DNA of 64,000 bases from Alphaproteobacteria bacterium. Its GTDB lineage: Bacteria > Pseudomonadota > Alphaproteobacteria > MPNO01 > UBA830. The position numbers and the translations under genes are program-made. The stretch lies in the NCBI GenBank assembly GCA_965243135.1, contig OZ251539.1:4800001-4864000 (forward strand), given 5' to 3'. Below, one piece after another: positions 52,960 to 62,746 of this stretch. Below the pieces are notes generated by a model, which ran no database searches, was not told where the DNA came from, and saw only the letters and a list, made by a program, of their open reading frames with translations. How positions within the stretch are numbered: position 1 is the stretch's first letter; every line of letters begins with the position of its first letter.

Positions 52960-53188
52960 CGAGGATCTCCGCGATTTTATAGTGAGCCATATGGGATCTC
53001 CGCTTTACTTTTCTCGCGTCATTCGGGCGATACGTGATCGCAATGTTGAAATTCTTGTCGGCAAGAAGATGCCGGAATCCTCGACGGAGATCCTCAGCGC
53101 GTTCATCGATGGGATAGTCACCCCATGATCAGGAGGCGTCTTCGTAACCTTCCAGTTCTTCATCCTGCGGAACGGAATGGTTTTCCAT
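52952..53188 (-). pseudogene. collapsed gene (probably DUF262 family) retaining only N- and C-termini
   Basis: MENHSVPQDEELEGYEDAS*SWGDYPIDE joined to ..FNIAITYRPNDARKVKRR..EILGA*, overlapping the ATPase start; DUF262 genes normally occupy this position. Confidence 0.5.
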
Positions 53189-53464
53189 TTATCCGCACTC
53201 CCTGTCGACTCCGAGCGCGGACATCCGATCGGCGCTCTCGAAAGCCGCCAACTGCGGCGGTTCGGTCAGCAGAAATCGGAGGATCGAGGTCGCCCGGCGC
53301 TTGAACAGCTCCTGGTTGCGGTTCCGCAATCCAGCGGTGCGCACAGCCGACCTAGCACGCAATGTCGCCGCCGAGGGCATTTTCCAAATCCTTTCATCGC
53401 TTCGCCTGCGGCCGCTTGCCGGAAATTAGCGGTACGGCGTCGGCTCCGACTTCTCCACCAAGGC

Positions 53465-53600
53465 CATTCGCCCGTTTCGCGACACGGTTTCTTGCCTGCT
53501 GAGTTTTCAGCTTCGCCTCGTTTCGACAGTCTTGTACCAGCCTGCCATGAACTCGAAAAGCGCTTTTTCGGGCGCGAAGCGAACGCCGAGTTCGCACGCA
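53465..53600 (-). mobile_element. possible IS3-family 3' remnant
   Basis: EKALFEFMAGWYK resembles IS3 transposase C-terminal IFEYIE.WYN, followed by an IR-like AACCGTGTCGCGAAACGGG. Confidence 0.35.
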
Positions 53601-53742
53601 ACGAAGATACTCTCGGCCCGCGCCACCGGATCACGCCAAGGCAGTCGAGGCGCGCACCCCACGGCTTCACGGGAATGGAAACGGGTTCCGGGAGCTCCTC
53701 CGTTCAGGCGCGGTCGCGAGGTTTCTCCCGGCGGCCCCCGGT

Positions 53743-56700
53743 TCAGCCGTCGTCAAGACGGAGTTCGTCGCTGACGCCTTTCAGGAGCTCGTTGACGGCT
53801 TCGACAGTTTCCGGCGCGACTTCCGAACCGTCTCCCAGCGTGATGTGCACGTCGAAGCGCAACGGCACGCCAGCAGCGGCCTTGATGACGTCAGGCACCG
53901 TTTCCACAAAATCCTGCAAAACTCCGGGATCCAACCTCGCCGAGGACTTATAGGCGCCTGCAGGCCCCGGTTCCGGCGCACGCGACGATCCCGTTCCCAC
54001 CGGCCTAGTGTCGGGTTGCATCAACACAACCGCTTCCGCCCCGGCAGAATCGCACGGCCACGACGCGCTGTCAGGCGCCAACTGGAGCCACTTGGAATTT
54101 ATCGCATTGTCGATCGTGCGGCGCACCACCATCCATGGAAGCGTTTCTTCTTCGCACGCCGACAGAGCCACGGTAAGAGCCAAGGCAGTGGTCCGCCCAT
54201 CCTTCCAGGCATCGGGCAACGCTTCCGTCGTCAGTTGATCGACAGTCGGCGCCTTAATCGAAGGACGTAACCGGGCCGCCGGAGTAAACACCCCGGACGG
54301 GAGCGGTTCCCCCTGAATGCTCACCGGACCGTTCAAGAACCAGAGAAGACCGCCTTCAACGGCTTTCGAAACCGCCGTCTCTATCGCATGAGATGCGCAG
54401 CCCGGGATTGCGACGGTCTCCTCGTAGCCATCGCGCTGAACCGTCACGGTCCGGTTACCCGAAAAATACGCCTCAACGTCGGCAACGGTCGCGGCCCCGC
54501 AGTCCCAGAGGCCGGGCAAAACCTCAGGCTCCAAGACGCCGGGGGCGAGTTCCGAGAGCGTGGCCTTACCGGGCAAAAACAGTTCGAGCGCCGGCTCCTT
54601 GAGAGCCGCATCGTCAATCCGCGTACGCCACCACGTCCTCACCGACTTGTCGGGCCGGGCGAGCGAAGCGACGAAATCGCCGTCTTCAACGCCCTGGTTG
54701 ATCGTGTCGAGAACCTCCTTGCGCCGCAACATTTTCGGCAAGCGGGGATTGGTGGCGAAGGCGCCCACCAAGTCCTTGACCCGCCGCGAGGACTCGTTGT
54801 CGCGCCAAAGATCGTATGGACCGCCCGGCAACAACGCCTGCGCGTTGATCGCGGAATCCTGGATCCGTGAGCGCCTGTCCGCCTTGACCGCGGCAAACAA
54901 CGGCTCCGAACCGACCGTGATCTTGAATGCGTGAACGTCGTTCCGCTCGTTCACGCTGACAATGATCGACCATGCTTGACGAATGGCGTCCGGGATTCGT
55001 TTGCGGGCCTGTTCGATCCAACCTGCCAGCATCGACTCCCGCGCGGCGTCCTGCGACTGATCCTTGAGTTGTTCGCGTACGTCTTCCCACCCGAGATACT
55101 CGCGAATCCGGGTTCGAGCGGCGTCAAGACCGTCGCGCGAGGGGACGGCCAAGACAATCGCGTTGCGGCATGTGCGAGGACGATCCGATCCTGTCGTTTC
55201 GTCGATGAAACGCTGCGCGTTCAGGCTCGGCTTTCCCGACTCTGACACCGCGTTCGGGCCCAGAACGGCGAAACGGAACTCGCCATCGTCTCCGATGTCG
55301 CTTGGTTTCGCCGACAGGTTGTGAACACGGGCTCCTGCGGCAGCGGCCCCCTGGGTCAGGGATTTCGCCTGTTGAACATCCGCCAACAACCTGGCCTCGA
55401 TCGCTTCGGACGAGACCCGGTTGTTGCAGGCATCGTGGTGCATCTGCTTCAGGTTGGGACGATTGCCGAGGCGCCATGCTTTCGGTAAAGCCGCGGTCTG
55501 TCCAGCGGTCGGCGAAAACTCCGTCTCGTCCAGGAACCACGACGACTCGGTCCAGCGTTGCAGGCCCTTCTCGAATTCGATGCGGTCCGGGCGCGTGGCG
55601 CCTGCCAGAACGGCGAGATCCGACGTGGACGCTTTCTGGCCGACCGGTTGCGAGCTCAGGAACACTCCGCAAACCACTTGCTCCAGCTCCCGGAATCCGA
55701 GCCCGGGTTGGTCCGTCTGGATTTCGCGAGCCTTCTCGATCTCGCCTTCGAGGATCGCGCTCCACTCGTTGCCCGATCCTTCGCTAACTTCGCGCGTGGC
55801 GATTCCGGTCAACTCGCGGGCCGCTTCCGAAATTCCCGTCCGGCCGGGCGCCGGCAGGAAGACGTTCGGACCGACAAGCGGTGCGCCGTCCCATTTTTCC
55901 GCGTCCCGCAAGGCCAAGGCGAATGTCCGGAGGATCCCGCGAGTGCGTTGAAATCCGTCCAGCTGCGTCCAGCGCATATAGAAGATATCGGTCAGAAGGG
56001 GGTGAAACGGATAGCTGTCGAGGAAGCGCTTTTCCGTGTTCTTTCTGTCCTTGCGGACCGTTTCTTCAAGCGAGGCTATATTCGCCACCGCCGCCGTGAC
56101 GTGAGGCCGGAACGCTTGGGGATCGGAGATCGAAACGGTTTCGAAGAATCGACGACGCAGAACCTCCGCCACGTCGTCCTTCTGAACCGGCTGCACGCCT
56201 TCTTCCTTCTGTCGGCCAAAGATCTCGAATATCGCCGCGATCAGCTCCTTGCCGGTCGTGTCGCTCTTCTCCGGATCCGAGGCGAGCAGCGACGCCACTA
56301 GAGCGCAACGGTCGACCTTGGCGACCGCTTGGCAGAGGTACTGGAAGAAGTCGATCAAGCGGCCGCGCCATACTTCGTCCATCCCCACCTTTTCGCGGGC
56401 GTACATCAGGACCTCGTCGACCAGGATCAGCGTGGAGAGCCCTTCCGCTTGCGGCCGCGACAATAGTTCGGCGAGCAACGGTTCCGCGGGCGGCGTCTCG
56501 CGTTCCTCGTCCTTGTCGTCGGCGTGGAGCGCGCGCAGACCGCTCTCGCCGGCGATCTGAAACGCAAGAACGCTCCAGGGGTTCTTCAGCCAGCGTTCCT
56601 CGCCGTTCGGGCCGCGCACTTCCATGCCCTTTTCGACATCGAGCTTGTCGAAGGAAAGCGCGACGACCCGGGCTCCGGGCAGCGGAACGGCGATGTGCGA

Positions 56701-57075
56701 CCTGAACTGATCCACCGACGGCAACGTCGGCAGCGAATCGGGTTGGTGAACGAGGTGGCGCAGGGTCACCAGCGTATGCGTCTTGCCGCCTCCGTAAGTC
56801 AGCTCGAGATGCCGGATCGCCTTGGCGTTACGGCCGGCAAGCCGTTCGACGACGTCTTTCGCAAGCTCTCGAAGAGAGTAGGTTGGATACGTCAGCGCGA
56901 AAAATCGCGCCGGATCCTCGTAAATCGGGCGAATTCCCCTCTGCATCGCCACGTCGTGCAAGTCGGCTGCGAAATCGGCGAGCGAAAGCTCGCCCGTTCG
57001 CACGTCGTCGCGCAGTCGCACGACCTCGTGCCATGGAGTCCAGGAAACTTTTCCGGGCATATCGTCCTCGCTCAT
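53743..57075 (-). CDS. DUF499 ATPase (BREX-related system)
   Basis: FAADL, FFALTYPT, YGGGKTH, ILVDE, EVLRRRFF, SYPFHP, GFQRTRG; start ATG 57075. Confidence 0.9.
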   Translation of the reverse strand: MSEDDMPGKVSWTPWHEVVRLRDDVRTGELSLADFAADLHDVAMQRGIRPIYEDPARFFALTYPTYSLRELAKDVVERLAGRNAKAIRHLELTYGGGKTHTLVTLRHLVHQPDSLPTLPSVDQFRSHIAVPLPGARVVALSFDKLDVEKGMEVRGPNGEERWLKNPWSVLAFQIAGESGLRALHADDKDEERETPPAEPLLAELLSRPQAEGLSTLILVDEVLMYAREKVGMDEVWRGRLIDFFQYLCQAVAKVDRCALVASLLASDPEKSDTTGKELIAAIFEIFGRQKEEGVQPVQKDDVAEVLRRRFFETVSISDPQAFRPHVTAAVANIASLEETVRKDRKNTEKRFLDSYPFHPLLTDIFYMRWTQLDGFQRTRGILRTFALALRDAEKWDGAPLVGPNVFLPAPGRTGISEAARELTGIATREVSEGSGNEWSAILEGEIEKAREIQTDQPGLGFRELEQVVCGVFLSSQPVGQKASTSDLAVLAGATRPDRIEFEKGLQRWTESSWFLDETEFSPTAGQTAALPKAWRLGNRPNLKQMHHDACNNRVSSEAIEARLLADVQQAKSLTQGAAAAGARVHNLSAKPSDIGDDGEFRFAVLGPNAVSESGKPSLNAQRFIDETTGSDRPRTCRNAIVLAVPSRDGLDAARTRIREYLGWEDVREQLKDQSQDAARESMLAGWIEQARKRIPDAIRQAWSIIVSVNERNDVHAFKITVGSEPLFAAVKADRRSRIQDSAINAQALLPGGPYDLWRDNESSRRVKDLVGAFATNPRLPKMLRRKEVLDTINQGVEDGDFVASLARPDKSVRTWWRTRIDDAALKEPALELFLPGKATLSELAPGVLEPEVLPGLWDCGAATVADVEAYFSGNRTVTVQRDGYEETVAIPGCASHAIETAVSKAVEGGLLWFLNGPVSIQGEPLPSGVFTPAARLRPSIKAPTVDQLTTEALPDAWKDGRTTALALTVALSACEEETLPWMVVRRTIDNAINSKWLQLAPDSASWPCDSAGAEAVVLMQPDTRPVGTGSSRAPEPGPAGAYKSSARLDPGVLQDFVETVPDVIKAAAGVPLRFDVHITLGDGSEVAPETVEAVNELLKGVSDELRLDDG

Positions 57076-57506
57076 TGATCCAAAGCCTGCAAACGACGCG
57101 GCAGGTCGTCGAAGTCTTCGGGACACTTCTGGCGGATTGCGTCAATGCGCCGAGCCGCTTCTCTGCCGAGTGCTCCGCGGCCTCCGCCGGGCCCGTCCGC
57201 CGTTCCCCGCGCTCCGGCCAACCGGTCGAAATACCGCTCTTTCATGTGAACATCCGCACGAACGTCGTTCCAACGCCATTCCGATCCGCGCGGAGAACGA
57301 AGATATCCGTCATTCCGCCGTGCCGACGGACTATCTCCGCAATGCGTCGGGATTTCAGCGCTTCGTTCACGCCGCGCAACAGGGGATCCCGGCAGACGCC
57401 GACGTTCGCCCGCGGGTCTGCAGATCGTCGCGAACAACCGAGACAACAACGGTTTCAGAATAAACTGGTCCTTCCGGAAATCTTCCGCGACGACAAGAAC
57501 GTTCAC
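57072..57506 (-). pseudogene. TOPRIM-like (RloB/DUF4276-like) partner of the AAA ATPase, internally broken
   Basis: GTG start VNVLVVAEDFRKDQFILKPL; disrupted middle; tail GPGGGR..IRQKCPEDFD. Confidence 0.55.
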
Positions 57507-58714
57507 CCGTCCGATCTCCCCGTTCCATCGTCCGTGAATGCGATCGTAGTCTCCATCCAACCGTTCCCGAGAAGCCGCCCAAGCCCTTGAGTTTTCCTCA
57601 GTTCCGCAGCGTTCGGCAGCTCGGATACGGGGCGGATAACGGAGTCGGAGGTGCCGGGTCGACGGCAAACGACGGCAGCGTTTTCGAACGTGCTGTCGCT
57701 CATCATGGCGAGCGTCTCCGGAGAATGAGTGGTCGTCACCACCTGCATTCCCCTCTTTTCCGTCTGGCGTTCGATCAATTCGACCAGAAGCCAGAGCCGC
57801 GCAGGATGAATGCCGCTTTCGATCTCCTCGAAAAAACACAGTTGGGCAGGATCGGATTCCAGCAAAACGGCCAGCATGGCGAGAAAGCGCAGCGCGCCGT
57901 CGGACGCGCTGTCAGCCGAGACCGTCGCGCCGTTCGTCTCCCTGATCGCCAAATGGATTTTTCCGGTCGGATCGGCGTCGAATGCGAAGTCTTCTACATC
58001 CATTGGCGTCAATTCGCTTATCCATTCCCTCAGAACCGCCCTGCGTCCGTCATCGGAGCAGATTTCCTTCAGTACGGTCGGAAGGTTTTCGCCGCTGTCG
58101 CCAAGAGCCGTAAGGCCGGGACAAGACGGTTGCTTCAAGATATCCGGAGAGAAACGAAAAAAGCGTATATCGTCGAATGCGGCGATAACCGGTTGAATGC
58201 GTTTCCGCAGATTATCTCCGCCAGAGGTCATCGCGCGAAGCTGCGTCAATGCGGGCTTATGCCGTTCAATGTCGGTCCGGCAGCCGTCGCTCAGGACGAC
58301 ACGCCCGTCTTCGTCTCTGGTCTTGTGAAAAACAACCTCATCCTGAATTTTGAGAGATTCCTCCACTAGCCTGAAGCCAGCGGGTTTCGGATCCTCCCGA
58401 GCGATTTCCAGGAAATAGACGGCCTTCTCTTTCTGCAAATTCAACTCGACTTCGATGCCGAACGAAGATGCGCCACGACGGGTTATCGCGTCGGGGCCGC
58501 CCCGGATCCATTCTTTTTGATCGCTGCCGCCGAATTTTCCGCCAATGATTTCCGCAAACGCGTATCCGCGGCCAACGCCGTGAAGAAATCGAAAGGCGTC
58601 GCGAACGTTGCTCTTGCCGCTCGCGTTCGCGCCCACGACTATCGTGAACGAACCGATGCCGAGTCTTTCATCCACGAAATTTTTGAAGTCATTTAACCGA
58701 AGAGAGGCGATCAC
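57503..58714 (-). CDS. ABC/AAA_21-type ATPase
   Basis: GANASGKSN, GENL, SDGALRFL, EEIESGIHP, TTHSP. Confidence 0.9.
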   Translation of the reverse strand: MIASLRLNDFKNFVDERLGIGSFTIVVGANASGKSNVRDAFRFLHGVGRGYAFAEIIGGKFGGSDQKEWIRGGPDAITRRGASSFGIEVELNLQKEKAVYFLEIAREDPKPAGFRLVEESLKIQDEVVFHKTRDEDGRVVLSDGCRTDIERHKPALTQLRAMTSGGDNLRKRIQPVIAAFDDIRFFRFSPDILKQPSCPGLTALGDSGENLPTVLKEICSDDGRRAVLREWISELTPMDVEDFAFDADPTGKIHLAIRETNGATVSADSASDGALRFLAMLAVLLESDPAQLCFFEEIESGIHPARLWLLVELIERQTEKRGMQVVTTTHSPETLAMMSDSTFENAAVVCRRPGTSDSVIRPVSELPNAAELRKTQGLGRLLGNGWMETTIAFTDDGTGRSDG

Positions 58715-58979
58715 GGCACAATCTCCGGCGATGTCGGCAAGTCATGCAGAGCGCTAAAACGGGTATCGCAATGCAGTCGCCGGCCGGTCGTCGGCCGTGG
58801 AAGTCCCAAGGCGAGACATAGGCCATAACGAACATGATACTCTCCTGCGGATGCATGGAATTGGCCCGTATTCCGGCGAACCGCAATCGACGCCGCTCCC
58901 GACATGCCGGCCGCCTGCAGGAATGCGCCCGCCAGGTGCCCGGCGGCCGTTCTTCGCTTTCGTGACGCCCGCGCCGGGA

Positions 58980-61900
58980 TCACGGAACCGACCTGAATTG
59001 CAAATCCGTCTGGCGCGGCGCAGAGCGTCCGCCGAGAACGGCTATGTGGTTCGACAAGGATTCAAGAACGGAACGCTCTTCCGAAGCGGCCGGGGCCAGT
59101 TCGATCAGAGCTTGCAGCAGTTGCGCGAACAACGCGTCGCGAGTCAGCCCGCCCCCGTCCAGATAATCGTTGACCCTGATTTCGTTTCCGGCGCGCCAGA
59201 GATGCATCAGCCGGTGCACCCTGTCGATCAGCGGAATCGGCCGTCCACCCTGCCCCTCATGCCCGAGCCATTTCGCCGTTCGGCGGTCCCACCCCTTCAG
59301 CCGGACTTTGTTGCCCGAGCCGACGGAATCGTCAGCATCGCCGTCCCCGGCTTCGCCATCGTCCGGCCCGGCTTTGTTGGAACGGACAAGGATGTCGAGC
59401 CGGTCGGAAAGATCGCGATCGGAGAGATTGCACGAAATCGCATAGAGAATGCATGCGCCGACCGGAGCCTCGTCGAGACCGAAATCGCCCCGATGCAGCA
59501 GATAATAGGTGGTGACGTCGTCAAGGCCGCTTACGGTCTCCGCATCGCCTCCGTCCGTCAACGCGCGGCCGACGACAAAATCGACGACCATCCGGCGCAC
59601 TTCGCGCAGGAATTCGGAAACCGTCATCTGCGCGCCGGGCTGGTCAGCCTTCTTGACGACCGGGAATTTGGAGAAGGCCTCGAGGGCCGGGCCGGTGGCC
59701 GCCCACACGAAATCGGGCCCGCGGATGCCGGCGTCCCAGAATTCGCGCAGCTTGCGGACGACGTTGTCCCGCATTTCGGCGAGGACAATGTTGTCCCATC
59801 CTTGGGGGGGGGGGGGGGCGGAAACCGAGCGTTTACGGCAGACCAACCAGACGGAGGAAGCGAGCGCTGCCGAGGTCAGCGAACGTTGCCGATTCTGCAT
59901 TTCCGTCTGGATCGGCCACGAACCGTCGACGACGAAACCCGCCCGAATCAGGGCGGCCACCAGCGTTTCCCAAGCGTCGGGCGACTTGTTGGCGAAGACG
60001 ACGACCAGCCGCCCGTCCGATTTCAACGCTTCATGGCATGCTCGAAAGGCGCGCGCCATGCCGCCTTCGTAATTTTGCTTCGACAATGTCCGGTTGCCGT
60101 CGAACCGGCTGGCGTCGTCGATCAACTCGCCGTCGTTCTCTTCCTGGTTCCACTTGGGTCCCAAGGGTTGGGCGAATGCTGCGTCCGTCGCCTCCGAGAG
60201 CCCGTGCAAGGTGCGCCGCAGCCATACATAGAAGAAGTCCATCAGGTCGGAATAAGGGATGGCGTCGTAATATGGCGGGTCGGTAATGATTGCGTCGAAT
60301 TCGCCGCTTCCTTCTTCTATCGCTGACTGACGCAGCGCCCGCGGCTCTGGCGATCCAATCGCCGCTTCCTGCAAGTGTTCGACGACGCGGGCCACCCACT
60401 GGACGGCCTGGATGAAGCCGCCGGTCGTATCCGACAGCGGACTGAATTCGGCAAAGTCCCACACCATCGGCAACGCGAAGCGGGCGAAAGTGCTACGAAT
60501 TACCTCGCGATCATTGGTCCAAGTTGCAAGACTGCTGCCGCGGTCAGCCAAACGGCTAATCGAGGGTGCAAGGCATGCCGAAATAGCGTCGCGCCATTCC
60601 TCCGATACATCGTTGCGCGTCGTTTCCGCACAACGGAGCATCTCGCGCACGAATGTCCCCAGCGTCAGAAGTTGCCGATTTGTGAACAACTTTGACCATT
60701 GATCAAAGCCGTACAAAGATACGCGATTGCCGAGAGCGCCTTGGTTGGGCATTGCCTCCTCCGGCAAACCCAACGGAATATCCGAATAAAGTTTATCCGA
60801 TTCTTCCCGGGATACGCAAGCGCTCTTGAGTTCCTCAGACTCCGGCAGCCGATACGCCTTGCCACTTGGTCCGTCTACGACCACAGCAGTCATAGTCGCG
60901 CCAAGGCGGTCGGCGCGCCCCTCAAGGCGAATATCCTCCATGGTCATTATCGTGGGGCAGCAGGGACACCGTGCGCCGGAACGGCTCATCGTACCCGCGC
61001 CGAGTCGTTTTTCTTGCTCCCGACGCTGCGCTGCGCTGCTTCCCAGAGATGAAATACCCGTCTCGATGCCGAAAACGACCCCGGTCCCGTCCGCGTTCGG
61101 AGCTACGGTCAAAACGACGCGTTTGTTATCCGTCTTGGCAAGCCAGCAGGTTTTGAGAAGCGGAATGGTCGCCCGGCAACCCTTGCATCGCACGGTCCGC
61201 GCCCACAGATAGGCTACCGTCGGTTTCTTTATCCAGCGCGGGTTGCGCGAATCCTTGAGATAAGCGGCGTCGAATTCCGCGTTCAGCGGCGCGACGTCGG
61301 TTTCTCCGCTTGCGTTGGGCGTCAGCAACTTCAGGGGTTTGCTCTCGAACGGCTTGCCGCCGGGAGCAAGCGCCTGAAACTCGGCATAGGTCGGGTAGCG
61401 GCGGGCGAGCTTTCTGCGCGCTTCGGCCAGCACCCGGCGCCCCCAGGCGCGCACCTGCCAGGCAAGATCGGCCTGAAGGGCGGGTTCGCGTTCGATCAAT
61501 GCCGGCTCGCCGTCGTCCTCGCCGTGGCCAAGCGCAGCGAGTTCGCGCGCAAGCGATTTGCCCTTCAGCCCCGTGGCTTTCAGGAAGCCCGTCATGAAAT
61601 CGCGGTCGCGGCGGGCGAACTCCGGCAACGGGAGGGTCTTGCCGGCGAGTCGGCGTGGATAGTCCAGCGTGCATTTGAGGATGAACCACGCGACCGGGTT
61701 GATGTCGACGGCAGTCGCTTCGCAGCCGAGGCGCATGGCCTCCAGCGGGATCGCTCCGCCGCCCGCGAAAGGATCCAGAACCTTGGGCGCGCGGCCGCCA
61801 TGCGCCTTGCGAATTTCCTCGCGAAACCAGTCGAGATCGGGACCGCTCTCGCGTCCCCAGTGGAGTATGCCGCCTCTGGTTTCCCGCTTGCGCCGCTCGA

Positions 61901-62165
61901 CCGTCCTCCCGTCTCGCCGCTCCGTCTTGACGGTTTCGACGATTTCTCCCGCGAGACGCCGGTAGATCTCCTTGCGCTCCTCAGTATTGCCCGGATCGGG
62001 AAGAAGCGTCGCGACCAGCGCCCCGCGGCACGCCGCCAACGGACGCCGCGCCGGCCAAATGTGCAGGGTCGAGATATGCCCGTGACGGACGTTCTTCTCG
62101 TGCACGGAGTCGAGAGACACTTGCTCCAGCGGAAAATCGACCTCGATGAGACGGCGATCCGTCAT
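58980..62165 (-). CDS. DUF1156 adenine-specific DNA methyltransferase
   Basis: LIEVDFP, LHIWPARRPL, DPFAGGGAIPLEA, CxxC pairs, TDPPYYD; start ATG 62165. Confidence 0.92.
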   Translation of the reverse strand: MTDRRLIEVDFPLEQVSLDSVHEKNVRHGHISTLHIWPARRPLAACRGALVATLLPDPGNTEERKEIYRRLAGEIVETVKTERRDGRTVERRKRETRGGILHWGRESGPDLDWFREEIRKAHGGRAPKVLDPFAGGGAIPLEAMRLGCEATAVDINPVAWFILKCTLDYPRRLAGKTLPLPEFARRDRDFMTGFLKATGLKGKSLARELAALGHGEDDGEPALIEREPALQADLAWQVRAWGRRVLAEARRKLARRYPTYAEFQALAPGGKPFESKPLKLLTPNASGETDVAPLNAEFDAAYLKDSRNPRWIKKPTVAYLWARTVRCKGCRATIPLLKTCWLAKTDNKRVVLTVAPNADGTGVVFGIETGISSLGSSAAQRREQEKRLGAGTMSRSGARCPCCPTIMTMEDIRLEGRADRLGATMTAVVVDGPSGKAYRLPESEELKSACVSREESDKLYSDIPLGLPEEAMPNQGALGNRVSLYGFDQWSKLFTNRQLLTLGTFVREMLRCAETTRNDVSEEWRDAISACLAPSISRLADRGSSLATWTNDREVIRSTFARFALPMVWDFAEFSPLSDTTGGFIQAVQWVARVVEHLQEAAIGSPEPRALRQSAIEEGSGEFDAIITDPPYYDAIPYSDLMDFFYVWLRRTLHGLSEATDAAFAQPLGPKWNQEENDGELIDDASRFDGNRTLSKQNYEGGMARAFRACHEALKSDGRLVVVFANKSPDAWETLVAALIRAGFVVDGSWPIQTEMQNRQRSLTSAALASSVWLVCRKRSVSAPPPPQGWDNIVLAEMRDNVVRKLREFWDAGIRGPDFVWAATGPALEAFSKFPVVKKADQPGAQMTVSEFLREVRRMVVDFVVGRALTDGGDAETVSGLDDVTTYYLLHRGDFGLDEAPVGACILYAISCNLSDRDLSDRLDILVRSNKAGPDDGEAGDGDADDSVGSGNKVRLKGWDRRTAKWLGHEGQGGRPIPLIDRVHRLMHLWRAGNEIRVNDYLDGGGLTRDALFAQLLQALIELAPAASEERSVLESLSNHIAVLGGRSAPRQTDLQFRSVP
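59804..59818 (-). repeat. G15 (coding-strand C15) homopolymer inside the methyltransferase gene
   Basis: 15 consecutive G; reads GCC CCC CCC CCC CCC CAA = APPPPQ, in frame. Confidence 0.9.
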
Positions 62166-62746
62166 CTCCGCTGCCATCCCCTCAATATTCCGCGAAACTC
62201 TTCGACGAAGCGGCCGAACGAACCGTCCGCCTGCGCCGCCCGGGCTAGATCCATTTCGCGCACGATGTCTTCGGCGAACTCCACGCCGCCAAGGTTTGGT
62301 ATCGCGCCAGCCTCGTAAACGGCCTTGATCAGGAGTTGCTTGTATCGGTCGCGAAGACACTTCTGGTCCGGCGCCTGACAACCTCGCCCGAGCGCAGTCC
62401 TGAATGCGGCGCCGTCCAGCAAAAGCCAGCGCTCGATGTGCGGGTCGGGAATCGCGAGAAGCAATGGAGCGGGCGGCTGGATGCCCCGGAATTCTCTTGT
62501 ACGCCCGTTCAATCCCTTGCAATTCGCGTCGGTCGCAACCACGATCAGATCGGGTTGATTGCCTCCCTGCCGCTCGAGGTCGCGCAGGTAACGGTCGAAT
62601 TCCCGCACGACCGCGCCGTGACCGCCCACCGCGTTGCGCCAGTCGAACTCGACAGCGACGCCGCGTTCATACGCGAGGCGTTTCGCCAACGCGCCGACGA
62701 CCTGTCGATGGGCGTAGTCCTCGACGAACAATGCGATCTCACGCAT
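62162..62746 (-). CDS. TOPRIM-like (DUF4276/RloB-like) protein
   Basis: LFVED, VATDAN, HIERWLLLD; overlaps both neighbours. Confidence 0.65.
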   Translation of the reverse strand: MREIALFVEDYAHRQVVGALAKRLAYERGVAVEFDWRNAVGGHGAVVREFDRYLRDLERQGGNQPDLIVVATDANCKGLNGRTREFRGIQPPAPLLLAIPDPHIERWLLLDGAAFRTALGRGCQAPDQKCLRDRYKQLLIKAVYEAGAIPNLGGVEFAEDIVREMDLARAAQADGSFGRFVEEFRGILRGWQRR

